Shown piece after piece: positions 37,443-46,860 of a DNA stretch of 64,000 nucleotides. A program made the translations under genes and the position numbers. Every line of letters starts with the position of its first letter. Position 1 is the first letter of the stretch. The notes under the pieces are model-generated. The model saw only the letters and a program-made list of their open reading frames with translations. It made no database searches and was not told the origin of the DNA. Source of the DNA: a virus; the IMG/VR virus record IMGVR_UViG_3300032307_000723, positions 53,614 through 117,613 of that record. One strand, written 5' to 3'.

Positions 37443-37898
37443 ATGGATTTACAAGAGAATATAAGTAGAATACAATCAATGATGGGTCTTATAACTGAAG
37501 ACAAAGATTCATTGACTAAAAAAATGATTGATGAACTTGGGGTAATGGCAACCATTAACTTAATGGGGGGTTTTGATTATTCTATGGAAGATTATATATC
37601 CAAGGAAAATAAAATTAAATTCATTAAAGAGGTTGTAGAAAAACTTTGTGAAAAGTACGACGATGTAGAGGTCGCTCAGTATAATCTTAATGGTAAACAA
37701 GTACAATATGATGAAGAAGAAGGTGAGAAACAAATGATAGAATATTATAGACCGGAATTTGTTATCGTAGAAAGATATAAATATGGTGAAGAAGATGTAT
37801 ACGATGACTACTATCTCGGGTCATTTGAAGTTCCATATGAAGAATTAAGTCATAGTTTAATAAATGAAATTTTCCATTTAATGTTAGAAGAAATATAA
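37443..37898 (+). CDS. MDLQEN-leader protein, ITEDK paralog
   Basis: MDLQENISRIQSMMGLITEDK...KKMIDELG. Confidence 0.78.
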   Translation: MDLQENISRIQSMMGLITEDKDSLTKKMIDELGVMATINLMGGFDYSMEDYISKENKIKFIKEVVEKLCEKYDDVEVAQYNLNGKQVQYDEEEGEKQMIEYYRPEFVIVERYKYGEEDVYDDYYLGSFEVPYEELSHSLINEIFHLMLEEI

Positions 37899-37936
37899 AG
37901 AATAACCCTCACTATAATGGTGGGGGTTTTTAATTA

Positions 37937-37977
37937 AAAGGGGGTCGGGGGATAACGCCTCGGACCATATGAAAGAT
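37937..37977 (-). repeat. Repeat family B, copy downstream of the 37977-38324 gene
   Basis: + strand GGGGTCGGGGGATAACGCCTCGGACCATATGAAAGAT. Confidence 0.85.
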
Positions 37978-38324
37978 TATCTTGTTAAAGAGTACATCTT
38001 TTCCACTTCCTCAAAATAGGCATAATGAAGAGGGGAAATTCTTCTTAAAGTTAAATTGTAATGCTCCTTAAACCAATCATACAGAATCCATTGTTTGGTG
38101 TGAGATTCTAACCCAAAAAAAGAATCCAAGAATTCCCAAAGATATTCACTTACACCAATCTTTTCATATTCGGGGTTGTATTCAAAAATAACCTTACCAT
38201 TTTTCATAAAGAATATCAAATCATTATACTCTTTAGTTCTAAATTCTTCTAAATCACTATACTTAGAGTTAAGGTATTTGATTACCATTTTCTCCATTTG
38301 ACTTTCTGTAATAATGTATTTCAT
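37977..38324 (-). CDS. MKYIITE-leader protein
   Basis: Start moved to ATG 38324: MKYIITESQMEKMVIKYL; TATTTAT upstream. Confidence 0.8.
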   Translation of the reverse strand: MKYIITESQMEKMVIKYLNSKYSDLEEFRTKEYNDLIFFMKNGKVIFEYNPEYEKIGVSEYLWEFLDSFFGLESHTKQWILYDWFKEHYNLTLRRISPLHYAYFEEVEKMYSLTR

Positions 38325-38337
38325 ATTAAATAAATAT

Positions 38338-38376
38338 AAGGGGTCGGGGATTAACGCATCGGACCATATGAAAGAT
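38338..38376 (-). repeat. Repeat family B, copy upstream of the 37977-38324 gene
   Basis: + strand GGGGTCGGGGATTAACGCATCGGACCATATGAAAGAT; a partial third copy lies at ~30857-30878. Confidence 0.85.
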
Positions 38377-39208
38377 ATATCAGTAAGGGAAAATACTAAA
38401 CGATTAAACCATTCGTTCATACCTATGTTCCGTTTCACTCCACTCCGGATTCACTCATAGTTTCATCCTTTACTATTTTACATTTTACTATACATAGTCA
38501 ATAGTCTAATCTCCCCGCCTGTTGTGGGGTCCCCGCCTAACGACAAGACAATAAACGAAGTGGTGATTAGTAATCCGGTGAGTGTTCATTATTAAAGGAT
38601 GTTCATTTACAATGAACAATAGAATGAAATGAACAATGAGAGGATAATATAATAAGTTATGTTCCATATCAAGATAGTCAGGTTTCACCTCACAGGAATG
38701 ATATGAATAATAACTTTCCCACTTCTTACCACCTACGACTTGTCTTTCTTCGAAGGGACATATAATGGTCGATTAATGGTCCATTAAGTAGTATCGGTTC
38801 CCTCGTTGAGGTTATAAAAGTCCTCTTATAGGTTCCCTAAAGGGAACTCCCGGCGTTCTGTACTACTCTTAACTCTTTTTGCCAGGTTTTATATATAGTA
38901 AAAAATTACCTCTCACACTATCAGGAGGGGGAAAAAAGTGGTCTTTACACTATAACCAGCCACGAATCGGTGGTAAAATGTGGGAGACTTTCCCATTCAA
39001 TGGCGGGGAAAAAGTGGGTAAAGGGATTATCCCCTATCGCGAGCTCCCCTGACATTTTGACAAATCCAAGAAAAATGGTCATAACTTATTAACAATGTAC
39101 AACTTTTTTTATCAACTGACATAGCGTCAGGACCATTCCCCGCCTGTAACTATCTTTATTTTTATACGTTCCATAACTATACTTAATGGTACCAACACAA
39201 AATGACAC

Positions 39209-39523
39209 ATGGACAATTTAATATTCAACATAGATAGGATGGATGAGAACAAGATTCGAATAATCATTTCAGATGAGAACATCATCCAAAAGGGGATTTT
39301 ATATTTCGAGAGAGTAAAGGTGGGGTTCAATAGAAAACCCATAAGTATGAACTCATGGGCATGTATAGATGCGAAGGTGGAAGGTCTCTACGACATGGGC
39401 GGGGACTTCACCTCATTAGACATTCTAAACAAATGTCAGTTATTAATATCTTCTTTGGTTTCTGTTAATGAACATATCGTAGATGGCCATAACAAACCAA
39501 CCGATGATAAGGGCTCTAAGTAA
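39209..39523 (+). CDS. Hypothetical protein
   Basis: 104 aa ORF in the gene-poor region. Confidence 0.45.
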   Translation: MDNLIFNIDRMDENKIRIIISDENIIQKGILYFERVKVGFNRKPISMNSWACIDAKVEGLYDMGGDFTSLDILNKCQLLISSLVSVNEHIVDGHNKPTDDKGSK

Positions 39524-39811
39524 ATTTCTCATAGTTAATAAATATATTTGACTACAAAGATACACCAAATTATGGAATCCACAAACAATTCCGGATTTTA
39601 TTACGAATTATTTTCAGAACCTTATAGGGTCCATTATCATATTCTCAGTAATGGGCGGGGTTTATATAAAAAAATATAAAGCGCTGTGGAGTCTACTCTT
39701 CCACCTTCCGGTCCGCCCCCTGTTGGGTTGATTACCAATTCAGTGATACAAAGGTACGAATTAATAATGACCCCGCCAAACAATTTAACATTTGTTTAAG
39801 TATTTATTATC

Positions 39812-40201
39812 ATGATAACACCGGAAGAAGTAGAACAATCATATGTGTTCAAAATAGTAAGACGAGCATTAATACAAGAGTACCCATGGATAACAGAAGT
39901 TAAAGTGGACAAGGATGACTATGACAATTATAAACACAATATATTCTTGGACGTATATATTGACCCACATGTGTTGGGGGAAGAATATGATTGGGATGTG
40001 GCCCGATGGGTGGAACCCGGATACTCATCATCATCGGTGGGGATGTTCTTTAGGGGAAGACATGAATCATACTCCGATGTTACACAAGAAGTTAATGACT
40101 TCATGTTAAGAGTATGTCACTCCCCCGCCATTCCGGATGAACTAAGATTACCAAAACCTAAGGATGACTTTGTAGTTGGTTCCTACATATCAAAACAATA
40201 A
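39812..40201 (+). CDS. Hypothetical protein
   Basis: TATTTAT upstream; 129 aa. Confidence 0.72.
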   Translation: MITPEEVEQSYVFKIVRRALIQEYPWITEVKVDKDDYDNYKHNIFLDVYIDPHVLGEEYDWDVARWVEPGYSSSSVGMFFRGRHESYSDVTQEVNDFMLRVCHSPAIPDELRLPKPKDDFVVGSYISKQ

Positions 40202-40475
40202 ATGACATCCTGTCAAAACCAAGACACTATCATAACCCTCACTATATTGGTGGGGGTTATTTATTAACAACCGGAGGGAGGGTATGTTGATAACTATTCA
40301 TATCTCCCTCCCATACCCCCTACATGGGGCGGGGTACCCCCTCCCCCCTCCCGTATCCCCCCTTACTATAGTGTCAAAATGTCATATAGGGGGGATAATC
40401 CCCTGAATAAAATAAAAATATTTTTGGGAAAAATTTGTCCCCCTCCCTAAAGGGAAGGAGGATATATTTATCAAT

Positions 40476-40766
40476 ATGGAATATAGTATAACTGAAAATA
40501 GATTACGAAAACTTTTCGTAAATTATATGAATTCACAATATGATTTAAGGTATGATAAATCTACCCGGGAGTTTGTGGGTAAGGACGGGGAGATATTCGG
40601 ATATCTCTTATTCAATACACTGGAATATAAATCTAAACATTTTTACTATGGGGATTATAAAACAGAGTACTTATTAAACGGAATGTTTGGGGAACTCACC
40701 AATGAGTTATTACTTCATTATTTTAGAGAAAGATTTCCGGATGTAACTATTGACGGAATAGAATAG
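40476..40766 (+). CDS. MEYSITE-leader protein
   Basis: MEYSITENRLRKLFVNYM; TATTTAT upstream. Confidence 0.75.
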   Translation: MEYSITENRLRKLFVNYMNSQYDLRYDKSTREFVGKDGEIFGYLLFNTLEYKSKHFYYGDYKTEYLLNGMFGELTNELLLHYFRERFPDVTIDGIE

Positions 40767-41085
40767 ACCCCTCCTGTTGATAATCCGGGGGAGTTCGTTT
40801 ATATTTATAATAAAAGGATAAACAATTAAATAATTTTGGTATGAGAGAAATTTGTAATTTCATCAGTAGAGTAACCTCCGGGAGAATATGTTTCGGATGG
40901 TGTAAAAAGTAAGACATTCAACCCCTCCCTTCAAGGTGGGGTTTTTTATTTTCTGTAAACACGACCCCCTTTTTTATTTTACCCCTTCAATGACAAAAAA
41001 AATTTTTGGAAAATTTTCATGAAATATGGAATAATACTTTACTGGTAAATTTTCTAGTATTATCTTTATACAAAAAAATATAACT

Positions 41086-41493
41086 ATGGAAGAGAAATTA
41101 GAATTACTTATGGATAGTGAGTATAAGGGTGAGTTAATCGAAATGATTAATAATTTGTATAATGAGAAATATCCTCAACGAGTACAGACCAAGAGATATG
41201 GTTTTAATGTTGGGGGGACTTTATTTGTTAACCCCACAACAAATGAGAATTACTTAAATGTGATTCGTCATTTTGAGGGTGTTGTTGGTTTTGGAGTATT
41301 CTCTAAGGTATTGAAGAATTATGTAAGGGATAGTTATGATTCATTCCCGGATTCTTATAAGGGGGCCAATCAGGTTGTTAAGATTAGTAACTTTTATCTT
41401 ACCACAAAAACAACTACGGATATGAAGATTAGTCATATAAAATCTTTGGGTGAGTATTTGGATATTCCGGTTGATGTTGTTCCTATGTCATAG
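41086..41493 (+). CDS. Hypothetical protein
   Basis: 135 aa; 3' end abuts repeat A copy 1. Confidence 0.7.
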   Translation: MEEKLELLMDSEYKGELIEMINNLYNEKYPQRVQTKRYGFNVGGTLFVNPTTNENYLNVIRHFEGVVGFGVFSKVLKNYVRDSYDSFPDSYKGANQVVKISNFYLTTKTTTDMKISHIKSLGEYLDIPVDVVPMS

Positions 41494-41506
41494 GCGGGGT
41501 TATTCA

Positions 41507-41560
41507 TATACCGCGTCGTCCGGTCTCACTTCGTTCGAGGGAATCCCAGCCCTTTTTTTT
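41507..41560 (+). repeat. Repeat family A copy 1
   Basis: ACCGCGTCGTCCGGTCTCACTTCGTTCGAGGGAATCCCAGCCC plus T tract. Confidence 0.92.
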
Positions 41561-41595
41561 AATTTATTTTTTTTTATTATTGTAAAAAAAAAATT

Positions 41596-42147
41596 ATGTC
41601 AGAGAAAGTAATAACTAAACAGTCGGAATATTATTTGGAGTTTTTAAAGTCTAACCCTATTAAAGGATATGAATACAAATATTTTAGTGAGGAACATGAT
41701 GATGACGGTAAGTCAAAAATTGTTTTAACATTAAATGTTGATTGTGAAACTTATGTATTTGGGGAAAATAATAGGGAAGAGATTTTAGAAGAAATGGAAA
41801 AATTACCATATGATGTTTTTGGTTATGATTCTCAATTTATTTCTTTGAAGATTGTTAATAAAGATAAATTTTTTGATAACCATATAATTCCATTAAAAAA
41901 GTATTTGAAGGAATCGTTAATTGGTGGGGAAATAAAAACAATTAATTTTTATCGTAGAAAGGGTAGTGAGATTTATCCTCCCGAGGTTTCTATTTCTATT
42001 AAACCTGATATGCTAAGTACTGAATGGACGAATACTTCCATTAAATTAAAAACATTATTAAATTCTTATTGTAATAAAAATCATTTTAACAATTTAGAAT
42101 TTATTACTCCTATGAGTTCTTATGAAAATTATTTGTACGGGGGGTAA
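41596..42147 (+). CDS. Hypothetical protein
   Basis: 183 aa between repeat A copies 1 and 2. Confidence 0.72.
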   Translation: MSEKVITKQSEYYLEFLKSNPIKGYEYKYFSEEHDDDGKSKIVLTLNVDCETYVFGENNREEILEEMEKLPYDVFGYDSQFISLKIVNKDKFFDNHIIPLKKYLKESLIGGEIKTINFYRRKGSEIYPPEVSISIKPDMLSTEWTNTSIKLKTLLNSYCNKNHFNNLEFITPMSSYENYLYGG

Positions 42148-42204
42148 TTCGTACACCGCGTCGTCCGGACTCACTTCGTTCGAGGGAATCCCAGCCCTTT
42201 TTTT
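42148..42204 (+). repeat. Repeat family A copy 2
   Basis: ACCGCGTCGTCCGGACTCACTTCGTTCGAGGGAATCCCAGCCC plus T tract. Confidence 0.92.
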
Positions 42205-42247
42205 GGTAATGTGGAAATCATTTTATATCTTTGTAAAAAAAATAGTT

Positions 42248-42418
42248 ATGGTAAATAAGGTGTTTATGGTTTTGGGATTAATTCTTCTTATAGGGGGGAA
42301 TATTTTATCCTATGTGTATAATGGAAGAATGTTATACACAATGACAAATGTTTGTTTTGTTTTGATGATAGTTTTAAATTTCTATAATTATAGAAGTGGT
42401 AAACGAAGAGACGGGTAG
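42248..42418 (+). CDS. Small two-TM membrane protein
   Basis: Start moved to ATG 42248 behind TAnnTTTG (42224); MVNKVFMVLGLILLIGG. Confidence 0.6.
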   Translation: MVNKVFMVLGLILLIGGNILSYVYNGRMLYTMTNVCFVLMIVLNFYNYRSGKRRDG

Positions 42419-42476
42419 TTCGTATACCGCGTCGTCCGGACTCACTTCGTTCGAGGGAATCCCAGCCCTTTTTTTT
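42419..42476 (+). repeat. Repeat family A copy 3
   Basis: Identical core to copy 2. Confidence 0.92.
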
Positions 42477-42506
42477 AAACCTGAGTATTTATAATAAAAT
42501 TAAATT

Positions 42507-42869
42507 ATGAATAGAAGTTTTAGTAAAATAAGACACATACAAGAATCCAATCAACAATTGGAAAAAAGAATGTTGAGAGAAGAAATTTCAAATAGAGATG
42601 AGAGCGGAGATTTGAATCTTGAATTTAATGATTCATTTGTATTATTAAGAGATTTAACTCAAAAGAAGGTTCAAGATTATTTATCGAAAATGTCTGAGTC
42701 GGTAAATTATTTGGTTATAATGGATTGTCAAGGTGTTGATTTTTCAGATGTTGACATTTGTTCATTTAATCAATTGATACATATCAATTTGTCGGGAACT
42801 CCAAATAACTTTGATGAATTCAATGATTGTGGTTTCGAAGAATATAAACCTGACCTTTATTCAAGATAA
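42507..42869 (+). CDS. MNRSFSKIRHIQE-leader protein (possible leucine-rich-repeat-like cargo)
   Basis: Shares the first ~23 aa with the next gene only. Confidence 0.75.
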   Translation: MNRSFSKIRHIQESNQQLEKRMLREEISNRDESGDLNLEFNDSFVLLRDLTQKKVQDYLSKMSESVNYLVIMDCQGVDFSDVDICSFNQLIHINLSGTPNNFDEFNDCGFEEYKPDLYSR

Positions 42870-43216
42870 TGAACAGAAGTTTTAGTAAGATTAGACATAT
42901 ACAAGAAGCTAATCAAAAATTAGAAAAAAGATTAATAAATGAAGACAATGATGATTTGTTTTTAAAACGAAGATTGTCCACTATTGAAGACCTTATTGAT
43001 AAGAATATTGAAAAGGTTAATGATGAAGGAGGATATGGATTTAAGGATGAATTTGAATTTGCCGATAATATTATTTCTTGGGTCATACAAGATTTAACAA
43101 AATATGACTATGAAAGTAATGATTATGATAAACTTGTTGATTTAATAAAAGACAATTTTGGTGAATATATCTTATCACAATATGTTGAAGAAGATTTTGA
43201 CGATGACGATTTCTAA
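42869..43216 (+). CDS. MNRSFSKIRHIQE-leader protein
   Basis: MNRSFSKIRHIQEANQKLEKRLINE. Confidence 0.75.
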   Translation: MNRSFSKIRHIQEANQKLEKRLINEDNDDLFLKRRLSTIEDLIDKNIEKVNDEGGYGFKDEFEFADNIISWVIQDLTKYDYESNDYDKLVDLIKDNFGEYILSQYVEEDFDDDDF

Positions 43217-43257
43217 AAATTATTAACCCACCTTTTATAGGTGGTTTTTTTTTATAT

Positions 43258-43305
43258 CACGTCGTCCGGACTCACTTCGTTCGGTTTAATCCCATCCCTT
43301 TTTTT
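43258..43305 (+). repeat. Repeat family A copy 4 (diverged)
   Basis: CGTCGTCCGGACTCACTTCGTTCGGTTTAATCCCATCCC plus T tract. Confidence 0.85.
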
Positions 43306-43338
43306 GACAATGTAATAATCATTTCATATCTTTGTATT

Positions 43339-43752
43339 ATGGGAGAAGAGAATGATTACGAAACTACAATCAATATGAAAGATTCATATGCGAATGCATG
43401 TGAAATTGAAATACCTGAAAGATTCAATAAGGTTATTTTAAAATTGTGCCCCGAGATTAGGGAAGTTACCACAATCGGATATAAAAGTACAAGTGTTTAT
43501 AACCCAACGAATTTTGAACCCATTTTTAAATTCTTGGTTGCCATCAATCTATTCTTTAACGAGAATGATATTCCAAAAGGTGGTAAAGAACATTATGAAA
43601 CATTATTCAATGATTATTTCAAAATGACCTATGGTGTGGAAATGGATTTTATTTCATTTAAAGTTGAATCCTTGATTGTTCCTCCGGTAAAAACAAATGA
43701 AGATAAGTTTTTTGAATTGTTTAAAAAGAAAGTGGATGGAAAAAATAGTTAA
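43339..43752 (+). CDS. Hypothetical protein
   Basis: Behind TAnnTTTG (43327). Confidence 0.7.
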   Translation: MGEENDYETTINMKDSYANACEIEIPERFNKVILKLCPEIREVTTIGYKSTSVYNPTNFEPIFKFLVAINLFFNENDIPKGGKEHYETLFNDYFKMTYGVEMDFISFKVESLIVPPVKTNEDKFFELFKKKVDGKNS

Positions 43753-44638
43753 TAAGTTAATTAATCATATGATTAAAGGGGTGGACACTTATACTCACAA
43801 TGGTTCCACTTGGTTAATATTCACGGATAAAAAAGAGTGGGTTGTTGAATTAACTGAAGAAAAAACTCTGTGGTATAACTACAACTTTTTCAAAAGAGTG
43901 TTTGCTTATGTTTCAATGGATGTTGTTGAAAATCAATCATACATCACCAAATGGGTGGAAGGTAATATTATTGGTGGGGTGGGACAAACTCAAAGATGTT
44001 CCCAAGTTAGTGATAGATTATTGGAAGTCACCATTCAAAACGGGGTGAAAGAAAACTCCTTTACTTATGTTAGTAAGATAATTGGTTGTGTTGGAGCCAT
44101 TGAGAATGGGGTGAAGGAAACCCGTTTGGAAATGAACATTACTGAAGGTGAAGTTGATGACATCATACAAGATGGTGTGAAGGAAACTATGTTTAATCAA
44201 GGACATCAGAGTTACACAGTTAAAAATATAATTGAAAATGGAGTGAGACACACCCTCAACACTGAGTATATGCCAACGTCAATGGTTGAAGACATTATCC
44301 AAAGTGGTGTGAAGGAAACAAAAGGACACGGTTTTGAACAACAAAATATAATTGATGACATCGTTAAAGATGGTGTTAAAGAAACAAAAACACCCGGTAA
44401 AGATGGAGATATTTTATCAACCATTGAATGGATGGAAGAAAATAAATCCACTAGTTATACCAAAATGATTGATGATGTTATTGATAATGGTATTAAAGAA
44501 GTCCAACCATTACCTGACCAAAGTGGAGAACTAATAGGTTATGGTAATTACTATAAATTAAAAGAAGATAGAACAAAGCCGTTCATAGATTATCTTGAGG
44601 ATACAATTAAATTTGGGGTTAAGGAATCTCTTGGTTAA
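43736..44638 (+). CDS. Tandem-repeat protein (~21 aa I-x-x-G-V-K-E-T units)
   Basis: About 8-9 repeats, e.g. TIQNGVKEN, AIENGVKET, IIQDGVKET, IIQSGVKET, IVKDGVKET; start moved to ATG 43736. Confidence 0.75.
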   Translation: MEKIVNKLINHMIKGVDTYTHNGSTWLIFTDKKEWVVELTEEKTLWYNYNFFKRVFAYVSMDVVENQSYITKWVEGNIIGGVGQTQRCSQVSDRLLEVTIQNGVKENSFTYVSKIIGCVGAIENGVKETRLEMNITEGEVDDIIQDGVKETMFNQGHQSYTVKNIIENGVRHTLNTEYMPTSMVEDIIQSGVKETKGHGFEQQNIIDDIVKDGVKETKTPGKDGDILSTIEWMEENKSTSYTKMIDDVIDNGIKEVQPLPDQSGELIGYGNYYKLKEDRTKPFIDYLEDTIKFGVKESLG

Positions 44639-44676
44639 ACCCCACTTCTTTTTTTGGAACCTGAGTATTTATCATC

Positions 44677-45105
44677 ATGGAATATATTATTGACGAATCT
44701 AAATTAGCGAATGTTATTTCAAAATTTCTAAATCTATCTTTTGATGGGTTTGAGGATATGGATTATAATTGGGCCGACTTTAATTGTGGGTGGGGTGTAT
44801 GTTGTGACATTTATGCAATTGGTTTTGTTCTTCCCGGTAGAGAACACGATGATTATTTATTTAAGTTGGTTGATGGTGAGAACTATAATAATTATGGGAA
44901 TTACCCTGAAGAACTTATGGGAGAATTACCTGAACCTTGTCATGATGTTCCGGATATCACCGAATCTCGATTTGATACCATATGGTTGGAAGAAGAACTT
45001 ATTGACCGACTTATCGATATGTTTGGTAGTGTTGATGTTTGGGGTAAATCATTTTTGAATATGTTTAATCAAAAATATGGAACAAACGCAACTCAGATTG
45101 GTTAA
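44677..45105 (+). CDS. MEYIIDE-leader protein
   Basis: MEYIIDESKLANVISKFL; TATTTAT upstream. Confidence 0.77.
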   Translation: MEYIIDESKLANVISKFLNLSFDGFEDMDYNWADFNCGWGVCCDIYAIGFVLPGREHDDYLFKLVDGENYNNYGNYPEELMGELPEPCHDVPDITESRFDTIWLEEELIDRLIDMFGSVDVWGKSFLNMFNQKYGTNATQIG

Positions 45106-45145
45106 ATACGGGTTTGTTTATATTTATAATAAAGACAAATAAAAT

Positions 45146-45514
45146 ATGAAAAAAGTAATAAGATTAACCGAATCTGATTTGACAAGATTGGTTAGAAGAG
45201 TAATTAAAGAATCCAATTTATTGGAACAATTTAATATGGACGATATGGGAACATCTTCTGATGAACCTAAACCTATGGATAGGCCGTCTTTAGATGATGC
45301 GAAAAAAAGTAATCTTATAAACAATGTTATTCCTATGTTGGAAGAAATAGTTAGTAACTTTATGGATATTAATTGTGATAATGTTGGACCGGGATATGAG
45401 GATTATGATAAAACCCCTGAATATGTGCAAACTTATTGTAGATATTATAACGGAAAAACAAGAAGTGATATTTTCCGTTTACTAAAAAAACTTAAACAAC
45501 AAGTAAGTCAATAA
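45146..45514 (+). CDS. IRLTESDL-leader protein
   Basis: MKKVIRLTESDLTRLVRRVIKE. Confidence 0.8.
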   Translation: MKKVIRLTESDLTRLVRRVIKESNLLEQFNMDDMGTSSDEPKPMDRPSLDDAKKSNLINNVIPMLEEIVSNFMDINCDNVGPGYEDYDKTPEYVQTYCRYYNGKTRSDIFRLLKKLKQQVSQ

Positions 45515-45518
45515 GAAT

Positions 45519-45908
45519 ATGAAAAAAGTAATAAGATTAACTGAATCTGATTTAATTCGTATCGTTAGACGAGTTATTAATGAACAAGAAGTAGGTGGAT
45601 TTAAAGAAGGTCCTGGTGACCCTCAAACTGATGAATTTGACCACTATAATAAAATTGTTAAACCAAGATTATTGAAAGCGGGTTTCAAAGATGAATATGA
45701 TAAAAACTTAAAACAATTTGGTAAAGAGAATTCTTTAACTTATGGTGGACATAATAACGGTGTTAATGTCCTATGGGATAGAATGAAAGGAATTTATCAT
45801 GTGTGGGTTGGAAATAATAAGGGTATGAAAGAATTCCAACTTGGTACTGGAGACCTAAAACTTATTGCAAATAAAGTTGTTCAGTATGCGTTATCGTTAA
45901 AAAGATAA
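45519..45908 (+). CDS. IRLTESDL-leader protein
   Basis: MKKVIRLTESDLIRIVRRVINEQ. Confidence 0.8.
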   Translation: MKKVIRLTESDLIRIVRRVINEQEVGGFKEGPGDPQTDEFDHYNKIVKPRLLKAGFKDEYDKNLKQFGKENSLTYGGHNNGVNVLWDRMKGIYHVWVGNNKGMKEFQLGTGDLKLIANKVVQYALSLKR

Positions 45909-45914
45909 TAAAAT

Positions 45915-46409
45915 ATGAAAATAAAAATTACAGAATCCCAATATAAATTATTAAAAGAACAGACATTCTTTGGGGCTGCCGAAGTTCTTGATGTTATGAA
46001 TAACGCAGCAGGTCCAAGTGCTGACATTAGTTTTAGTACAGGACTTGAATGTCAAAAACCAAACCCCGCAGAAACTAAAGTTTCACAATTATTTAAATTC
46101 GCCCAAAAACAACCACAGGTTCAAATTAATCAAGTGGGTGGTTGGATTAACCGATTGAAAAAAGGTATGACAGGAATTGGTGCTAGTGATGATGTTTTAA
46201 AAGTATTAAAAGAAATTAAAACCATACAACAATTATCAACAATTATTAATAATTGGTCAAAATATAGTGGTAATAAACAAACTTTATTACAATGGTTTGA
46301 TGAAGAACATACAATAACTTGGGATACAATATGGGAATCTTTTGGTAAATTTAAAGACCAAGCTAACATTCCTAATTGTTTGGACAAACCAACCCATCTA
46401 AGTGCTTAA
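45915..46409 (+). CDS. IKITESQY-leader protein
   Basis: MKIKITESQYKLLKEQ. Confidence 0.78.
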   Translation: MKIKITESQYKLLKEQTFFGAAEVLDVMNNAAGPSADISFSTGLECQKPNPAETKVSQLFKFAQKQPQVQINQVGGWINRLKKGMTGIGASDDVLKVLKEIKTIQQLSTIINNWSKYSGNKQTLLQWFDEEHTITWDTIWESFGKFKDQANIPNCLDKPTHLSA

Positions 46410-46439
46410 AATATAACCCCACATTTAGTGGGGTTTTTT

Positions 46440-46802
46440 TTATGATTCATCCACATTTGTTGCGATGATATTGAATCCACCTACTCTTCTATATTCTTCA
46501 TCCGGTAATCCGACATCCATCCATTCTTGTGAGTATTTGTTTCTTGAGTCATCATAAACTTCCATATCATAACATTCATCAAATGTTAAATCGTAAGCCT
46601 CTTCCCCATAAACAGCTTCATTGTCTGATGCCCAATCATAATTTCTGTAAACATTATCTCTTAAATATTCTAAAAGGTCTTGTTCTGTTTCACCCTCGAA
46701 TGGAGGTTCACATTGTTTAAGTTTTTCGATGTTAACTTCGATTGGTTGTGAGGCCTCCCATACGGTATATCTCTCACATTTTCTTACATAAATTTTTTCC
46801 AT
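46440..46802 (-). CDS. Hypothetical acidic protein
   Basis: 120 aa ORF. Confidence 0.7.
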   Translation of the reverse strand: MEKIYVRKCERYTVWEASQPIEVNIEKLKQCEPPFEGETEQDLLEYLRDNVYRNYDWASDNEAVYGEEAYDLTFDECYDMEVYDDSRNKYSQEWMDVGLPDEEYRRVGGFNIIATNVDES

Positions 46803-46860
46803 GGTATTTTTTATTTAATGATAATGATTATTTTTTTTATGGTCAAATTTATTAACTAAA

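Larger units (their letters stand above)
39023..40402. other. Symmetric motif-rich region (candidate origin/terminus element)
   Basis: Inverted pairs GGGATTATCCCC 39023 / GGGGATAATCCC 40391 and TGACATTTTGACA 39050 / TGTCAAAATGTCA 40372; TTATYAACA-type boxes; many GGCGGGG heptamers. Confidence 0.45.

Noticed and set aside
39655-39725. Minus-strand GGGGGCGGACCGG start resembling a tmRNA 5' end
   Set aside because: Not followed by the GAC motif or any matching T arm or acceptor 3' strand; only a short local hairpin.
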